Below, piece after piece: positions 11,290 to 24,251 of a stretch of DNA of 64,000 bases (the first letter of the stretch is position 1; every line of letters begins with the position of its first letter). The notes beneath the pieces were generated by a model. The model worked only from the letters and a program-made list of their open reading frames with translations, made no database searches and was not told the origin of the DNA. The stretch covers positions 15,500,001-15,564,000 of the forward strand of contig CM106585.1 in the NCBI GenBank assembly GCA_048013815.1. Direction: 5' to 3'. A program made the translations under genes and the position numbers. The stretch comes from Setoptus koraiensis. Lineage: Eukaryota > Animalia > Arthropoda.

Positions 11290-13625
11290 TATGCACAAGT
11301 GACACACAGCACTCAAAGCACACAAAGCACACAGAGAGAGCAATTTCAAGTGAATTAAATTTGGCGCTCAGTTCTGCGCATACGGGGGTCGCATCAGTTT
11401 TTCCCACCGTCCAAATATTTACTAAAGTGATTGTAGTCGCGTGCGTACATCCATACCGATAAGTTTGTGTGTGTATTCATGAACGCACACACACACACAA
11501 CACGATTTGGCGCGAACACCTGAGTGCGACTGTGTGAGTGTGTGTGTGAGTGTGTGTACGAGCCACTCTCAGGTAGCATATTGTACCATGATTATCATGG
11601 CATGGTATTTACTGTACGTCGTTTGCATGTGTCTGCAGAAGAGCGCCAAAACACCTTTCTGCACGGATTCATCAATGGACTTGTATCACTTTGAACGGTT
11701 GCGCATCGCGCACACATTTACTCGTGTGGCGAGATAAGTTTTAGTAGAGCGACTAATGGGGTGCCCCAACATACTTTTTGGTGCCTCAACGCTTGCAATG
11801 AGTCCTATTTGTTCTATGTGTGTGCCTCTATATTCGCTGGCGCCATTTTTGAAAGAACTAAAAAAGACTTTTTTAACAAGTCTTTTTTTAAAAAGGCTTC
11901 TTTGAAAAGCTATAATTCCCTTAACAAACGGATTGTTTGTGGCGAGATTCACTCAATTTCTATCGGTGTTTCTGAGCAAGTTCTCAAAAACACCGATGGA
12001 ATTCTTATGCCGGATAAAAAAGTTTCCGGTTTATAACTGGAGACAATTCTCTCGAATAATGATTGCATCATCTTGGAATCGATCTCACACAACTCGTTAC
12101 CGAATCTTTGCTTTTGCATTTTTGCTCGTCTTACTTTTCATTTATGACCTTTCGGAACGGCTCGCCTTCAGCAGAAGAAAGTTCTGACTCCTGATTTAAT
12201 TAAATCGGGCGTCTGATCGGTGCTATTCATGGAATAATAACCCTCGTAGCGGACTACCTGTTGTGTCGGGTGTGCCTTCGTGTAGCAGCACTTAGACTCG
12301 GTGACAAATATCCGATACAAGCGCGAAGGTGTCTGCGAGACAAATTTTCAGTCCTCAATGAGCGGCGCGGTGGGCTATTAGTCCTCATTTGCCCTCACAC
12401 TTGATTGACGCTTTGAATTTAGACGCACATCGTTGGAAAAAGAACGTCTATCCCATGAGTGTAGTGATTGGTGGCTTGAACTGAAGATGATCTTCCCTTG
12501 TGTTTCATATGCTAAACTGACTAAATGATAAATGAATCCATATAATGGTGATGTTCCTCTCTATAGACATGCCACTCTGCCTGCATGCTCGAAGCAAAAG
12601 CAATTATTATCGTTCTCACACATCAACTTTATATCTAGGTCTTACATAATCACTTATACCAATGCTACGATTATTGATATTCATTTAATTGTTGTTATTC
12701 TACCATGATGTCAATATTCGAACTCATCTCATTGTTGATGCTAATGAACATGGTAAACTTTTCGACAAGCCACTGAATTAGTTCTATATGAATAACAAAA
12801 TCTATTACTGACAGTAGATAACAATTCGTTTGCGTATGAGAGTGTGTGCTGAAATTGTTGAGAGAAAGAAGAAATATTTTACAGCTCAGACAGATAGTGC
12901 AGATCATCATCTTAATTGCTGTCGACAGTAAACTTCTAATTGGTGATACATTGAATTGGGCATTAGACGGAATAGCTCGACCAAGAATAAACGAAATTAC
13001 ATGCCTTCGAGAAACAAGAGAGATAGTGTAAGAGGGCCCGAACAAAGAAAGAACATATTGACTTATGGGCCATACATTATCACACTAAAAAATTCTTAAC
13101 TATTAAATAAGCAAATTGATACGAAGCGCCTAGAGAGATGAAGATCTGTTTGTGAGGAAGTTCGAAGAATCCGTCATCTTTGGCGCAACAATTATTTTTT
13201 TAAGACGTTTAAATCATCACAGCGGACACTCTATTTTGTTGAGTTCTTCCGTCCCCTATTCGACTCTGATTTGCATGCACACAAATGCTTCTTTACTAGT
13301 ATAAGACTAAATAACTCGAATGATTTCTGGGGGTCAACACTCTTTTAGCAGGGCCAAAAGATGATGGTTCAGAGTTGCGAGTAAACATGTCATTCATAAC
13401 TTCCATTTTTTCACATGTCTAAATATCATTGATATGATTTTCTCATTTGGCAGGACAATTCATACAAATAGAATTCGTGAAAAACATTCGAGAAAAAGAA
13501 AAAAATCCCAAATAAATGATGTTCATATTGTCTGGATGTAAACAAAAAACTTCGTCCATCAGACTCGAAAAGATCTTCAAATTTAGTTGAGAGTTTATTT
13601 TAGCGAGAACGAGGGAACAAACAAC

Positions 13626-15009
13626 ATGGCTACGGATTATACGCAAACGCAAGCGACTGATAGCACCAGTAATGATGCTAATAAAGAAAATCAACAAATT
13701 ATTTTGGATCCAAAGCAACAATCAGTGGTCGAACTCACCAAAACCTTGCCAGTTCCAGCTCCGCCTTTACCACCACCACCTCCACCCTTTTTACTTGACA
13801 GTTCACAAACTACATCCGCCTCGTCATCAATATCTACACTCAATTCGCACAATATAAATAATACCAAGGCAACCAACTCTGATACAAACGAGACAAACGT
13901 CAAATTGCTAGAATATAATGATAACGCAGTTGACACTCGCAATAATCGCTTTAGCCAGATTGCGAAAAACAACGATAGGCCTGGATATAGGTACTCATCA
14001 TCCTCAATTGACCATAAAAGTTTGAATCTAACAGACTCAAAACAACAATTGCAAAAAAAGCAGCAGTCAACTACATTTTGCTTCCCAAATGAGAATGTGC
14101 GGAGAGCTATCAGTTATAGCAATACTGGTCAGCAGAGACTGGATGATTTCATCCATAGTCACCAAAATAGATTGAGTAGTAATCTCCGACATTCAAATTA
14201 TTTGCGACATTACAACGTTCAGCAATATCTACAATATCCGCCACCCCAACCACCTAGACCACCAGTCATAACTATACCATTGAAGATACCCGATAGCGTA
14301 CAAAAAGCTATCAATCAAACTAGATCGAATTATGACAGTGCTAATGAACAATCAAAAGATGAACGCCAACAAAATATCACAGACATGAAATGTGACAACA
14401 ACTCAGTCCAATGTTCTGACTCCTACAATAAATTTGAGCAGTGCCAACCAAGAGTGTCTGTGAATAATAATAATAATCAATTGAACAACTGTTGTTTGAC
14501 CAATAACAATGACAGCATGGATGGTATACAAATGATCGTTGATGAATGTGATAATTCAGCTATGTCCCAACAGCAGAGTAGCTTCGATTACCGCCATGTT
14601 GCTAAAGAGTTGAATCGCAAATCCGATGTGCACTCTTCAAATGTTAAATCAAGCAATAGGGTCGAAACGCAAGATATTGATCTCAATAAGCTTGATACGC
14701 CTATGAACAGGCACTCGTCACGACGTCATCAATCTAGGCAACATGGACACCATGAGGGTGCAAATGCTAACTACCGAGAAGGAGCAAATTCTATTGATAG
14801 ACCCGAGGCAGACTATCCGAAGGGTCATAATAGAGGCCAAGATCAAGCGACAGTGAACTTATCTCATGGGTATAACTCATCTTACCATGAAGCTATTGGA
14901 GAATCCAGAGAATTGAATGACTCCAATCATATACAAGCAACACGAGAATTCAACCAAGAACATCGCCAGGAGCGAGCTTACGTAGCTTATCCACATGACA
15001 TTATTTCAT
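13626..15009 (+). CDS. Large low-complexity (N/Q/S/H-rich) coding exon; putative distal N-terminal exon of the stomatin gene
   Basis: 481-codon ORF, first ATG at 13626, ending at a strong phase-1 donor T|GTAAGT (15010) that is frame-compatible with the stomatin exon at 20462. Confidence 0.6.
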
Positions 15010-15786
15010 GTAAGTTTCCATTTGAGCCGTGAGATGGCTCCATATAAGATGTTTTGTCTTGCTGTACTAGTTTCCGTTTTCCTCTTCAAATTTCGCTCTA
15101 TCATGGGTGTCATAACTGTATTTTATCAACTCAGACATTGTAATATCCAGATGATGATATTCAGTAGATCCCTTTGATTGTCACAGTCACATCGCTTCAT
15201 TTGTTGATTGTCTAGATATCTCGAACTGAATCTGAAGATTGCTAATTGAACCGACATTATTCGCGCATGCACAGAAGATGTGTGATCGTTGTTCCTGTCG
15301 AGTGGGTCTTGAACGCAAGTTTTTATTCCATATCTTTCCTGCCTTCTGCACTTGCGTCTTCCTCTTTTTTAAATAGCTGAAGTATAACTATCAATCTTAT
15401 TTCATATCCTGTGCATTAGTTTTACTCTCAACTATTTCGAAGTCGCGTGTTGCGATGATGAGATAGATGAAAGCGAACAATCGTTGTTATTACATTCTAC
15501 TGACTAATGTGTTATATTCTAGGCTAGTCTTAATTTGATCTTCAATAGTCATGATCGCAATTGAGATAAAGTTAGTTCTCGGTATCCGGCATGAAGTTAG
15601 CATACTTATGATGATATGATGCGATACATGTTATCTTTATATCAAGCTCATAACTGACTAGACATGAGCTTTTTGCCGGGGATTCCAAGCCAAATAATGA
15701 TATCAACATGAGTGAGGGGTCTCTTGTAGCTTCCATCCGTCACAAATAGAGATTATAATGACAACAGTGGCAACTAATTCTTAGCC

Positions 15787-15900
15787 ATGAACACACAATT
15801 ATATATTCCGAGTTTCGACAACACGGTTGTAAAATATCTGTTCCTAGTGATTATTTTAGGAGCAGCACTCTTGATAACACCACACTTCACAAAGAAGTTG
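15787..15900 (+). CDS. Possible small exon encoding a single transmembrane segment (MNTQLYIPSFDNTVVKYLFLVIILGAALLITPHFTKKL)
   Basis: ATG-initiated 38 codons with a hydrophobic core ending exactly at a GTGAGT donor (15901); downstream partner uncertain. Confidence 0.3.
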
Positions 15901-17565
15901 GTGAGTTAATGATATGATGTAATCTAGTGTTAACTTTGATAGCTGTTAAAGCCATATCATGGTATAGATGAAATCGTTAGAGACAAGATGACAAGTTTTG
16001 AATTGTGTTGGGTGATTCGCCCCGGGATTAGAGATTGACACACAATCTCTACATACATGATAGATCTAATCATATGTAGAAGACCTCACATGTATTGCTT
16101 GCAGTGACTTGTTGCGTGGTATATATGTGTCATCGAGCTAATCGAAGCCCAATTGGCAGCCTAAGCTTAGTTCCATCTTTGTGCGGAGAGCATGTCAGTT
16201 TGATTGTCATACCGATCGGTTTGATTCGCAGTCAATCTTTGAATAATAAATGATGATTTTCGCACATTAATGAGAGCAGAGCATGCAGTAGGCAATGAGT
16301 TAGCGACAACAGTGATCGTTGAACCAAAATCGTGTGTATTGGAATAGAGGAGCTCCTTTGGATTATGACTGTAAAAATTATGTTACGCGAAGGGAGCGGA
16401 TAATGAGTGAAAATTGTTTGCATATGAATTCATTAGTGTTGCCTACGGCGCATTAGTTGTTTGTTGCTATTATTTATGAGGCGTCTGACTAGATGTATTA
16501 TTTCGTTCATGTTGTTGCGGCGTCAAAACAGTTGCCGACGTTGTTGTTGCTGCTGTTGTTGCTGCTGTTGCATTAAATAGATAGTAAATGAATGACATGC
16601 CAGGCACATGGCGAAATAAATTGAGATTGCCCCAATATTTCATAAAAAAGTTCTTTCGCCACACAGATCTGTGAACTGGGGGACGGCAAGAGAGGAGGCG
16701 ACTCGTGCCCTTTCCCCCCAATGTGGCGCTTGCGACACACGAACAACAATCGAACACATAGTAGTTTGTTAGACGACAATTTCTGAAAACATTTGTTCCA
16801 TCTAATCGTCTGTCTGTCTATTTGTTGTTTCTCTCTTGTGAATTATAACATCTCTCAAGATGGCGACTAATGCCGCTCGGTGCGATGGCGCGCGCGTTGT
16901 TTACGCGCATCACACCCAACGTCTGCACATGTAATAATGTACAATGTGTCGCCTCGCAAGCGTTCAGGTGGCATCAAAAAGCTCGCAAGTTTGTGCACTG
17001 TGCACAGCCTATATATCTATTGGCCCATTCCATTTGAGATCTGAGTGTGTGCTCTATACTGATGCGTTGGCGAGTGAGTCACAATGCGAATGTGATACGA
17101 GTTACATGTTCGCTCGCTCGCTCACTCACTCGCTGCCACTCGCACACGCCGCATTGCCGGAAAAGTTCGATTTTTCTTTGTTCTGTGTCTCATGGGAACT
17201 ATAGTAACTCATTAATAGTACTAATAGTGCTAACAGCAAGTTACTGGTAGTAAGTGGCGCCGAATTTCTGCGCTGCGTCGGTGCGCAGAAATCCAACGCT
17301 GCGATCCAAGACAATCATCAATTTAGTCCAATCACGACAGACCAGAGCGCGCAATGTTATATAGATGTTGTATATGAATGTGCACATTTTGCAGTACGGA
17401 CAATCAAGGCAATAATTAATTTATGCAAGCGTTAGCCGCGAGTTTGAATGTTCAGCTTTTGAATCAAAACACAAAATCGTCTGCAGATTCTGTGCCAAAT
17501 CTTTTGTGTGAGATATCCCCAAAAACTGCCTAGACTCCGAACAAAAGAAACAAACAAACAGAGAC

Positions 17566-18331
17566 ATGGACAACCAGCAGCAGGTAAACTTTGACGCAAA
17601 CTCGAAACGACGCAGCAGAGCCAACAATGGCGCGAACAACAGTAATCAAGCAGCAAGAGAAGAAAATTCACTGGATAGCCTGGAGCGTCTAGATTCTATA
17701 GTGACCACACAAACCAGACAGCAGATAGCCAACAATTCCGACAACGCCGATGATGCCGAACTCAAGCAACAGATGGAGGGCCCCTCCATGGACCTGGACA
17801 GCTATCATCGTCGGCATGAGCTGGACATTGCGCCTAGCGACAGAGACCAGCACAGTCCCGCAGGCGATAGGGCCTCCACCAAGCGACTATCTTATGGCGG
17901 GGGAGATCCTGGTCGCATGAATTCTATGATTATAGAGGAAAATCGTCAAATTGCTCAAGATAATGACCCTATGCAAATTGCGCCGCCAAATAATAATGCA
18001 GCATTTTTAAGCGACAACACACAACAAAATCACTTCATCAATCAGGAGCACATGGTCAATGTTAAACCGAGAAAATTGTCGCCTAGTAGGGCGCCACAAG
18101 TGGCCATAAACGCCCTCAATAGAACACTCAGTGGCTATAGGCGACATCCGCAGCAGCATAGTGTGCACAATTTACCACCTATCTCGATCCCAAACACACC
18201 AACAAAATATCCAAACAATTACAATCACATGAACTTGCAACATCAAACAGTCCACAATCAATACATGCCATCATCGCCAACACAAAAAGGACCAGTTATT
18301 GTTGGAACGCCAAGCTTCCGGGAACGATATG
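17566..18331 (+). CDS. Low-complexity coding exon; putative second N-terminal exon of the stomatin gene
   Basis: 279-codon ORF from ATG with a phase-1 donor G|GTATTA at 18332 (weak consensus), in frame with the exon at 20462. Confidence 0.6.
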
Positions 18332-19978
18332 GTATTACACACTTTTTTTTATGCATGTGCTCGACGCTCGCTCCATATAATTCATTTTTTCTCTCGAGCA
18401 ACTGAAGCTGGTGTGACATCTGCCAGCAAAAAAGTAAACAGTCAAAATAGAAATTTTTGTTTTGTTTGCACATGAGCACGAAAGAGTGAATCCAGGGCTA
18501 ATGCTATCCTAGAGCTCAGAGGATATCTGACACCCTAGTGAAGCTTTATACAATGCTTTAGATAGTATTACAGTAGTTTTTTCAACACAATTCGATGCTA
18601 GCAACATTTGTTGCATTTTGCACGAAGCTTGATCGATTCGAGTACGAAAGTAGACCTTGGAAATAATCCTAACATTAGTGATTACCATAAAGTAATAACT
18701 AATATCTATTTCTAGGCGTGCATATATGTTTTCTATATATAAAACTCGTGCAGACAGTTAAGTGGGCCACCTCTTGGCTCACAATCTGATAACGATGAAA
18801 CTGTGTTGTGCCGTTCAATATCAAATGAATGATGATGAGCTTGTATGACTAAAATGTCTGCTTGGCGTCCCGTCAGAGCTATCATTTTTCTTTCATGCAA
18901 CGAAAATATCTGACAGGTCTAGAGCTAGCATGCGTAAAAAATTATGCGAGTACAGCAAGCACGCGGGGTTGTTTAACAGCTTAGAAACTTTAGCAAACCA
19001 TTGTAAGTTTATCCGTTTAAAAATTCTTACATCAATACAAAATCAGCCAATCCTATATCTCTCTTGTTAGATATAGCACAGCAAACATCATCGATCTATT
19101 ATTTATTTTTGTAATTGCATGTGTAGTACAAAGTTGAGAAAGAATAAACGGAACGCATGTCCGTTTGCGTATGATATGGAATAATTTTCGGTACATAAAC
19201 ATACCAAGCTGAACAAACAATGAGGGGCGAGTTACATCATGTTGTGGCTATGAATGAGTTGCCAATCTCATCAACCTCAAACTGAGCAACAGCGAGATCT
19301 AAACAATGCATTCAGAGAAAAAAGAAACCGTTTCAGCATCTCTTGAACAGTCGAATAATCGTAAATCTTATTACGATTGTTATCAAGATGAAAGTTCTTC
19401 GCTCTTGCCAACAGTGTTTCAGTATCTTAGAACTGTTATTCCAGTCTAGTCTAGGCAGATACATGACAATGCAGCATAAGTATATACAGTAGTAGGAAGA
19501 CCCGAATAGCGATAATTTTCATCCAAAAGGAAGCGGCGCATATTTTAAAATCTGTATTCACTAATATTTGTTCTATTCGCCACAATATTATGATAAAACA
19601 TTTAAATATCCCAGATTTCATCTATGTACGCATGCCCAGAAAAAAAAATTATCGCAGGTCTTCCCACATGCTTGTGTTCGACTAGAGCCTCAGCGTTGGC
19701 ATCTATTACACTTAATTATGGCACTAATCGTAACATTAATGACATCATAGCTGTGTTTTAGCTGTAACTTTGTATGGTAGCGGCGATATGAGTTATATGT
19801 ACTTAACCTAAGAGATGTACCCTGTGAGACAATCTAGTGCCCTGTCAAATTTTATCCCATGCTTGACTAACGCTTCGCTCGATAAAAAGATTACAATGAA
19901 ATTTTTATAGCTGAGCTATTATATGGAGTGTACAGAAGAGATTAATCTGTGAATTTCTCAACAAACTAATCTAACAAC

Positions 19979-21596
19979 ATGTTTCCCCAACAAAATCACC
20001 CAAATCAAAACCAATCTCAAGAGTCCAATGCTGCATTGAAGAATATCCCATATGGTGGAAAGCAGCATCAACATCAGCATCATCACCAACAACAACAGCC
20101 ACCACAACCAGTTCAGCAAGCTATTCACATCAATCAGCCTTACCACGATATTCATCCACATTTCACTGGATATGATATAAATTGTAAGCAGTTGTCCAAT
20201 CAAGAACAAAAATCTCGCGCTCTATAGGAATTCTCTGTTACAAACTTATTGCTATATTTAGTCTGTGCTGCTTGAGAAATCAATCTTGCTTCTGAAATCT
20301 CGACAGTTGTGAAATACAATTCTATTTCGATGCTATTCCATCTTTCTAAAATCTCGGTCTGGACTTCGTAATAAGAATTGATAATCTGCCAGAGAATTCA
20401 ACAAGCTTTTATGATAACTAACATATTTTCTTTTTTACGAACCCCACATTTTGATATTCAGCGGCTACCACCTCGGACTCCGTCGATTTCTGTGCCTTTT
20501 TATTGACAGCTGTCTCTGTTATATTCATAATATGTACTCTACCTTTCTCTCTATTCTTCAGTATAAAGGTAGGTAATAACATTGCATATATCGTTCATTG
20601 TTCAGAGAGCCACGGCAATCCGATCTCGACCAAATTATTCATCTTGATTCTTCTTCATTAATCAGGTTGTGCAAGAATATGAGAGAGTTGTCATCTTTAG
20701 ATTGGGTAGACTCTTGAAGGGAGGCGCAAGAGGTAATTATCTGAATGATTGTTTATATTTATTGACAGAACATAGCAATACTACGGGCACATTTCTTAGT
20801 CAACACATTTGTTTCTTTTTTGAATCACAAAAAATTATGAACTAGGACCTGGAATTTTCTTCATCATTCCTTGCATCGACTCTTACTGCAAAGTTGACTT
20901 GCGTACGGTATCTTTCGATGTGCCACCGCAAGAGGTAAGGATTTAAAGAAAGAATCGAACTTTCACTTTTGAGGATATTACAAAACTAAAGTTAATCTGC
21001 ATTATTACAAAATATTCGTTTCTTTATTGTTTTAGATCTTATCTAAGGATTCCGTGACCGTCGCTGTAGATGCGGTCGTCTATTACCGCATCAGTAATGC
21101 GACAATCGCCGTGTCAAATGTCGAGGATTACGGCAGATCAACAAGATTACTAGCTGCCACCACATTGAGAAATGTTTTAGGAACAAAAAATCTGTCGGAG
21201 ATATTAAGCGAACGAGAAACTATTAGTCACATCATGCAATCTTCTTTGGACGAGGCGACGGAACCTTGGGGTGTCAAAGTTGAACGTGTCGAAATCAAGG
21301 ATGTCCGATTGCCAGTTCAATTACAGCGTGCTATGGCTGCCGAAGCTGAGGCTGCTAGAGAGGCTCGTGCAAAAGTTATCGCTGCAGAAGGTGAACAAAA
21401 GGCTAGCCGAGCCCTGAGGGAAGCTGCCGAGGTCATATCAGTATCTCCCCAGGCTCTCCAATTGAGATATTTGCAGACTCTCAATTCTATTGCCGCTGAA
21501 AAGAATTCAACTATAGTATTTCCAATACCCCTGGAGATGTTTTCGGGATTTCAACGCAACTGTACAGCGAATCACCATCATGACGAACCTAAATAG
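19979..21596 (+). CDS. mec-2: Stomatin / band-7 (SPFH) protein, MEC-2-like; exons 19979-20183, 20462-20568, 20666-20732, 20846-20934, 21036-21596 (342 aa)
   Basis: Membrane hairpin ([27 protein letters not shown]), [84 protein letters not shown]. All four introns are GT-AG and preserve frame. Confidence 0.93.
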
Positions 21597-22594
21597 ATAT
21601 GTAAATAATAATTAGAATACAATCAATGGGATCACAACTGAACGAGTCACTCCCTGATATAGCAGTGCCAAACAAACACTAACCGAAAAGACATTAATGT
21701 AAATGAGGGAATTGTAAAAGATTCATTTAAAAAATTCACAAACAAGTAACAAGTAAAAAAAACAAACAAGCAGAATATGGGAAAAATTTATTATCTTGGA
21801 TGAATTTGTCCTTATTCATTAACAATTTGTGAAAAAAATGATTGGCATATGATTGATAATTGCGTGCGAGTGTTTCCTTCTGAGATAACTACTGAAAAGT
21901 CACTCTAATTAGATTATTGATGATTTTAATTGTTTCCGAGGCCGTAGCTTTGCTGGTGCTAATAACATTTGAGGAGTCTCTTAAACACAAAAAAGTTTTA
22001 ATTGCCTAACACTGTAATTGTGATATTGTTATTGTGACCAATCTACAATGAAACCAGGATTTTGGTTAGATTCAATTGGATTGATCAAGCGTCCGCAAAT
22101 AAATTTTCCAATGTTTCGTAATCTGTGATGATGATAAAAGTTCAACAACAAAAATAATAATTTGGACTAATAATAACAGTCGGATATATATCGTCAATAG
22201 TAGTTGGATATATAAACTTTTTCAACAATAGTCCATAATGTAGTCTGATATCCTTTGTTCCGATTTCTCTCGGGTATAAGCACCAAAAGTTTCATTTTGA
22301 TTGTAATAGTTGCAGATCATACGTGGGATAGTCACAAGTTTATGGCAAATCACAATATCAAGTGATACAATTTGATGCAGTTAGGTTTGTGTAACAAGCC
22401 GCGTCAAATATTTCGTTCGTATTTTTTTATTTATATCTACTACTCTATCTCTACGGCCCATGTTAGTTCGTGTCAACGTTAGAAGGTAAGATCTCAATTT
22501 TTTACATCATCTCAAATGATCTTGTTGCTCAGGTAGAAATTCTATTATTATTCTCTCTATTGAACCCAACCCAAAACAAGTATTGCTCCTAATT

Positions 22595-22921
22595 CTATCT
22601 AGGCTGGTAGGGCACATATTGTTTGTTGGTAGTCGGAGATAGCAGATGTGATGAGGACATCATCGGATAATAATTATTAGTTCTACTGTTTGTTTGATTG
22701 TTCATGTTAGCATAGTTGTAGTTGTTGTTGTAGTTGTTATATAACGATCGTAGATAAAATCTATGCTGAGGCTGATGCGGCTGGTGTTGCTGCTGCTGAT
22801 GTTGTTGCTGATTCCGATTGCTAATACTGCTTACTAATGATGAAGATGCTGGCGAGAATATTTGACTCAACAAGGCTCTAGTGTCATGAAGATTCAAACC
22901 GAGAAAATGGCTTCTTCGCAT
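22595..22921 (-). CDS. Possible short Q/N/Y-rich coding exon or ORF
   Basis: 108-codon ATG ORF of low complexity with no recognisable domain. Confidence 0.25.
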   Translation of the reverse strand: MRRSHFLGLNLHDTRALLSQIFSPASSSLVSSISNRNQQQHQQQQHQPHQPQHRFYLRSLYNNYNNNYNYANMNNQTNSRTNNYYPMMSSSHLLSPTTNKQYVPYQPR

Positions 22922-24251
22922 GCTATTGTTATCGGCATTGTTATTATAGATATTTTGGTTATTGTTTTTTGTTTGTTTGTTTTGAAAGAATTGTGTGTGA
23001 ATTAGATTGTTCGTTTGTTTGTGTGTATTATTATCGATTTCAATGTCACACGTAATAGCAAGGTGTGTACAGGTGCGTGTGTGATTGATAATAGTTTCGA
23101 AACAATTTTTAATTACATATTATGATAGTTATTAGTAAATGTAGTGGTGTATTTGATGAGATTGATTATTATATGTGTGAGCATTGATTATTGATGTGAT
23201 ATAATAATGGTTTACACATGGTTAAGAAGATTCATTTGTGTTAGATGTTAATTGGTTTGGATGACGGATTGTTCGAATTGGTGAATGTGAAATATTTGTG
23301 TTTGTGTTGTTAGATAGTGAAAGGAGTAAAAGTAAATAGAAAGTTAATGATAATATTACACAACAATAATAACAATAATAATAGCAATATAGAATAACAA
23401 TTATAATTATAATGATGGTGATTGTAGTGTGGTGTAGTGGTGGTGGTGGTGGTGATAACAATAACGATGAGAAAACAGTGTTATAATAATCATAGAGTAG
23501 TGACAGTAGTTGGAAAACCGTGGATAACAATAGGTAAATAGGCTAAGTTGTTTGTTGCAACTCTAGTTGTCAGCCTCTCAGCAGGTAGAGAGAGCGAAAG
23601 AGAGGAGATAGGCCAAGCCAAGTGAAAGAGAGCATTTGCATGCAACTTGTTGGTGCAATTAGCAGCGGCCGAAGAGAGGCAAATATATCGGTCAGTGGCA
23701 TCATCATACTGTAAAGTCAGTAGAAGATATAGATGTTGTGCACGCTGTCAGTCAGCCAGTAAGCCAGCCGATGCTAACCAGTTAAGTTGTCAAATAGTTT
23801 GCAAAGGAACTATTGTCTTTCTTAATGGTCTTAAGAAGTTTCAAATTGCTACCGCCGCTGCTGCTGCTCGTCGGGCTATATCATCTTATGTATTCAAATA
23901 AATTTATCTATAGATGAAATCATTTATGTGATGGTGGTGGTAGCGATAGTAGTTGTGATTGGTGGTGGTGGTATTGGTTTTGGTTTTGGTGTACATAGTG
24001 GTGGTGGTAGTTTGGTTTGGTTTTGGCGGTTTCAATAGTGGTTTTGGTGGTGGTGGTGGTGGTGGTAGTAGTGATGGTGATTGTAGCAACAATGGAAAAA
24101 AGGAGAGGGTAAGAATGATTTAAGATTTCTCTTTGCTTGTCTATATATTATGTAACTGCATGTGTGTGTATGTGTGTGTGTGTGTGTGCGTGTGGATAAA
24201 TAGAGGTGGAGAAGATAAGATTATGAGATGCTGTTATTTGTTTGATAGTTA

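Larger units (their letters stand above)
8904..11520. mobile_element. Composite region bounded by diverged long inverted repeats (about 8904-9037 and 11357-11520)
   Basis: Perfect 22-bp inverted match ctttagtaaatatttggacggt (8977-8998) / accgtccaaatatttactaaag (11406-11427), plus collinear inverted blocks at 9013-9037 vs 11357-11380 and 8904-8920 vs 11506-11520. Confidence 0.55.

Noticed and set aside
11955-12003. Hairpin (15-bp stem, one mismatch) as a possible pre-miRNA
   Set aside because: Too short for a typical precursor and no match to a miRNA family I recognise.
11686-13045. Several 60-116-codon ORFs between the transposon and the stomatin locus
   Set aside because: No recognisable motifs or consistent splice structure; possibly decayed sequence.
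16486-16506. TGACTAGAT, the miR-279 family 5' end
   Set aside because: No complementary arm to form a precursor; the same 9-mer occurs elsewhere by chance.
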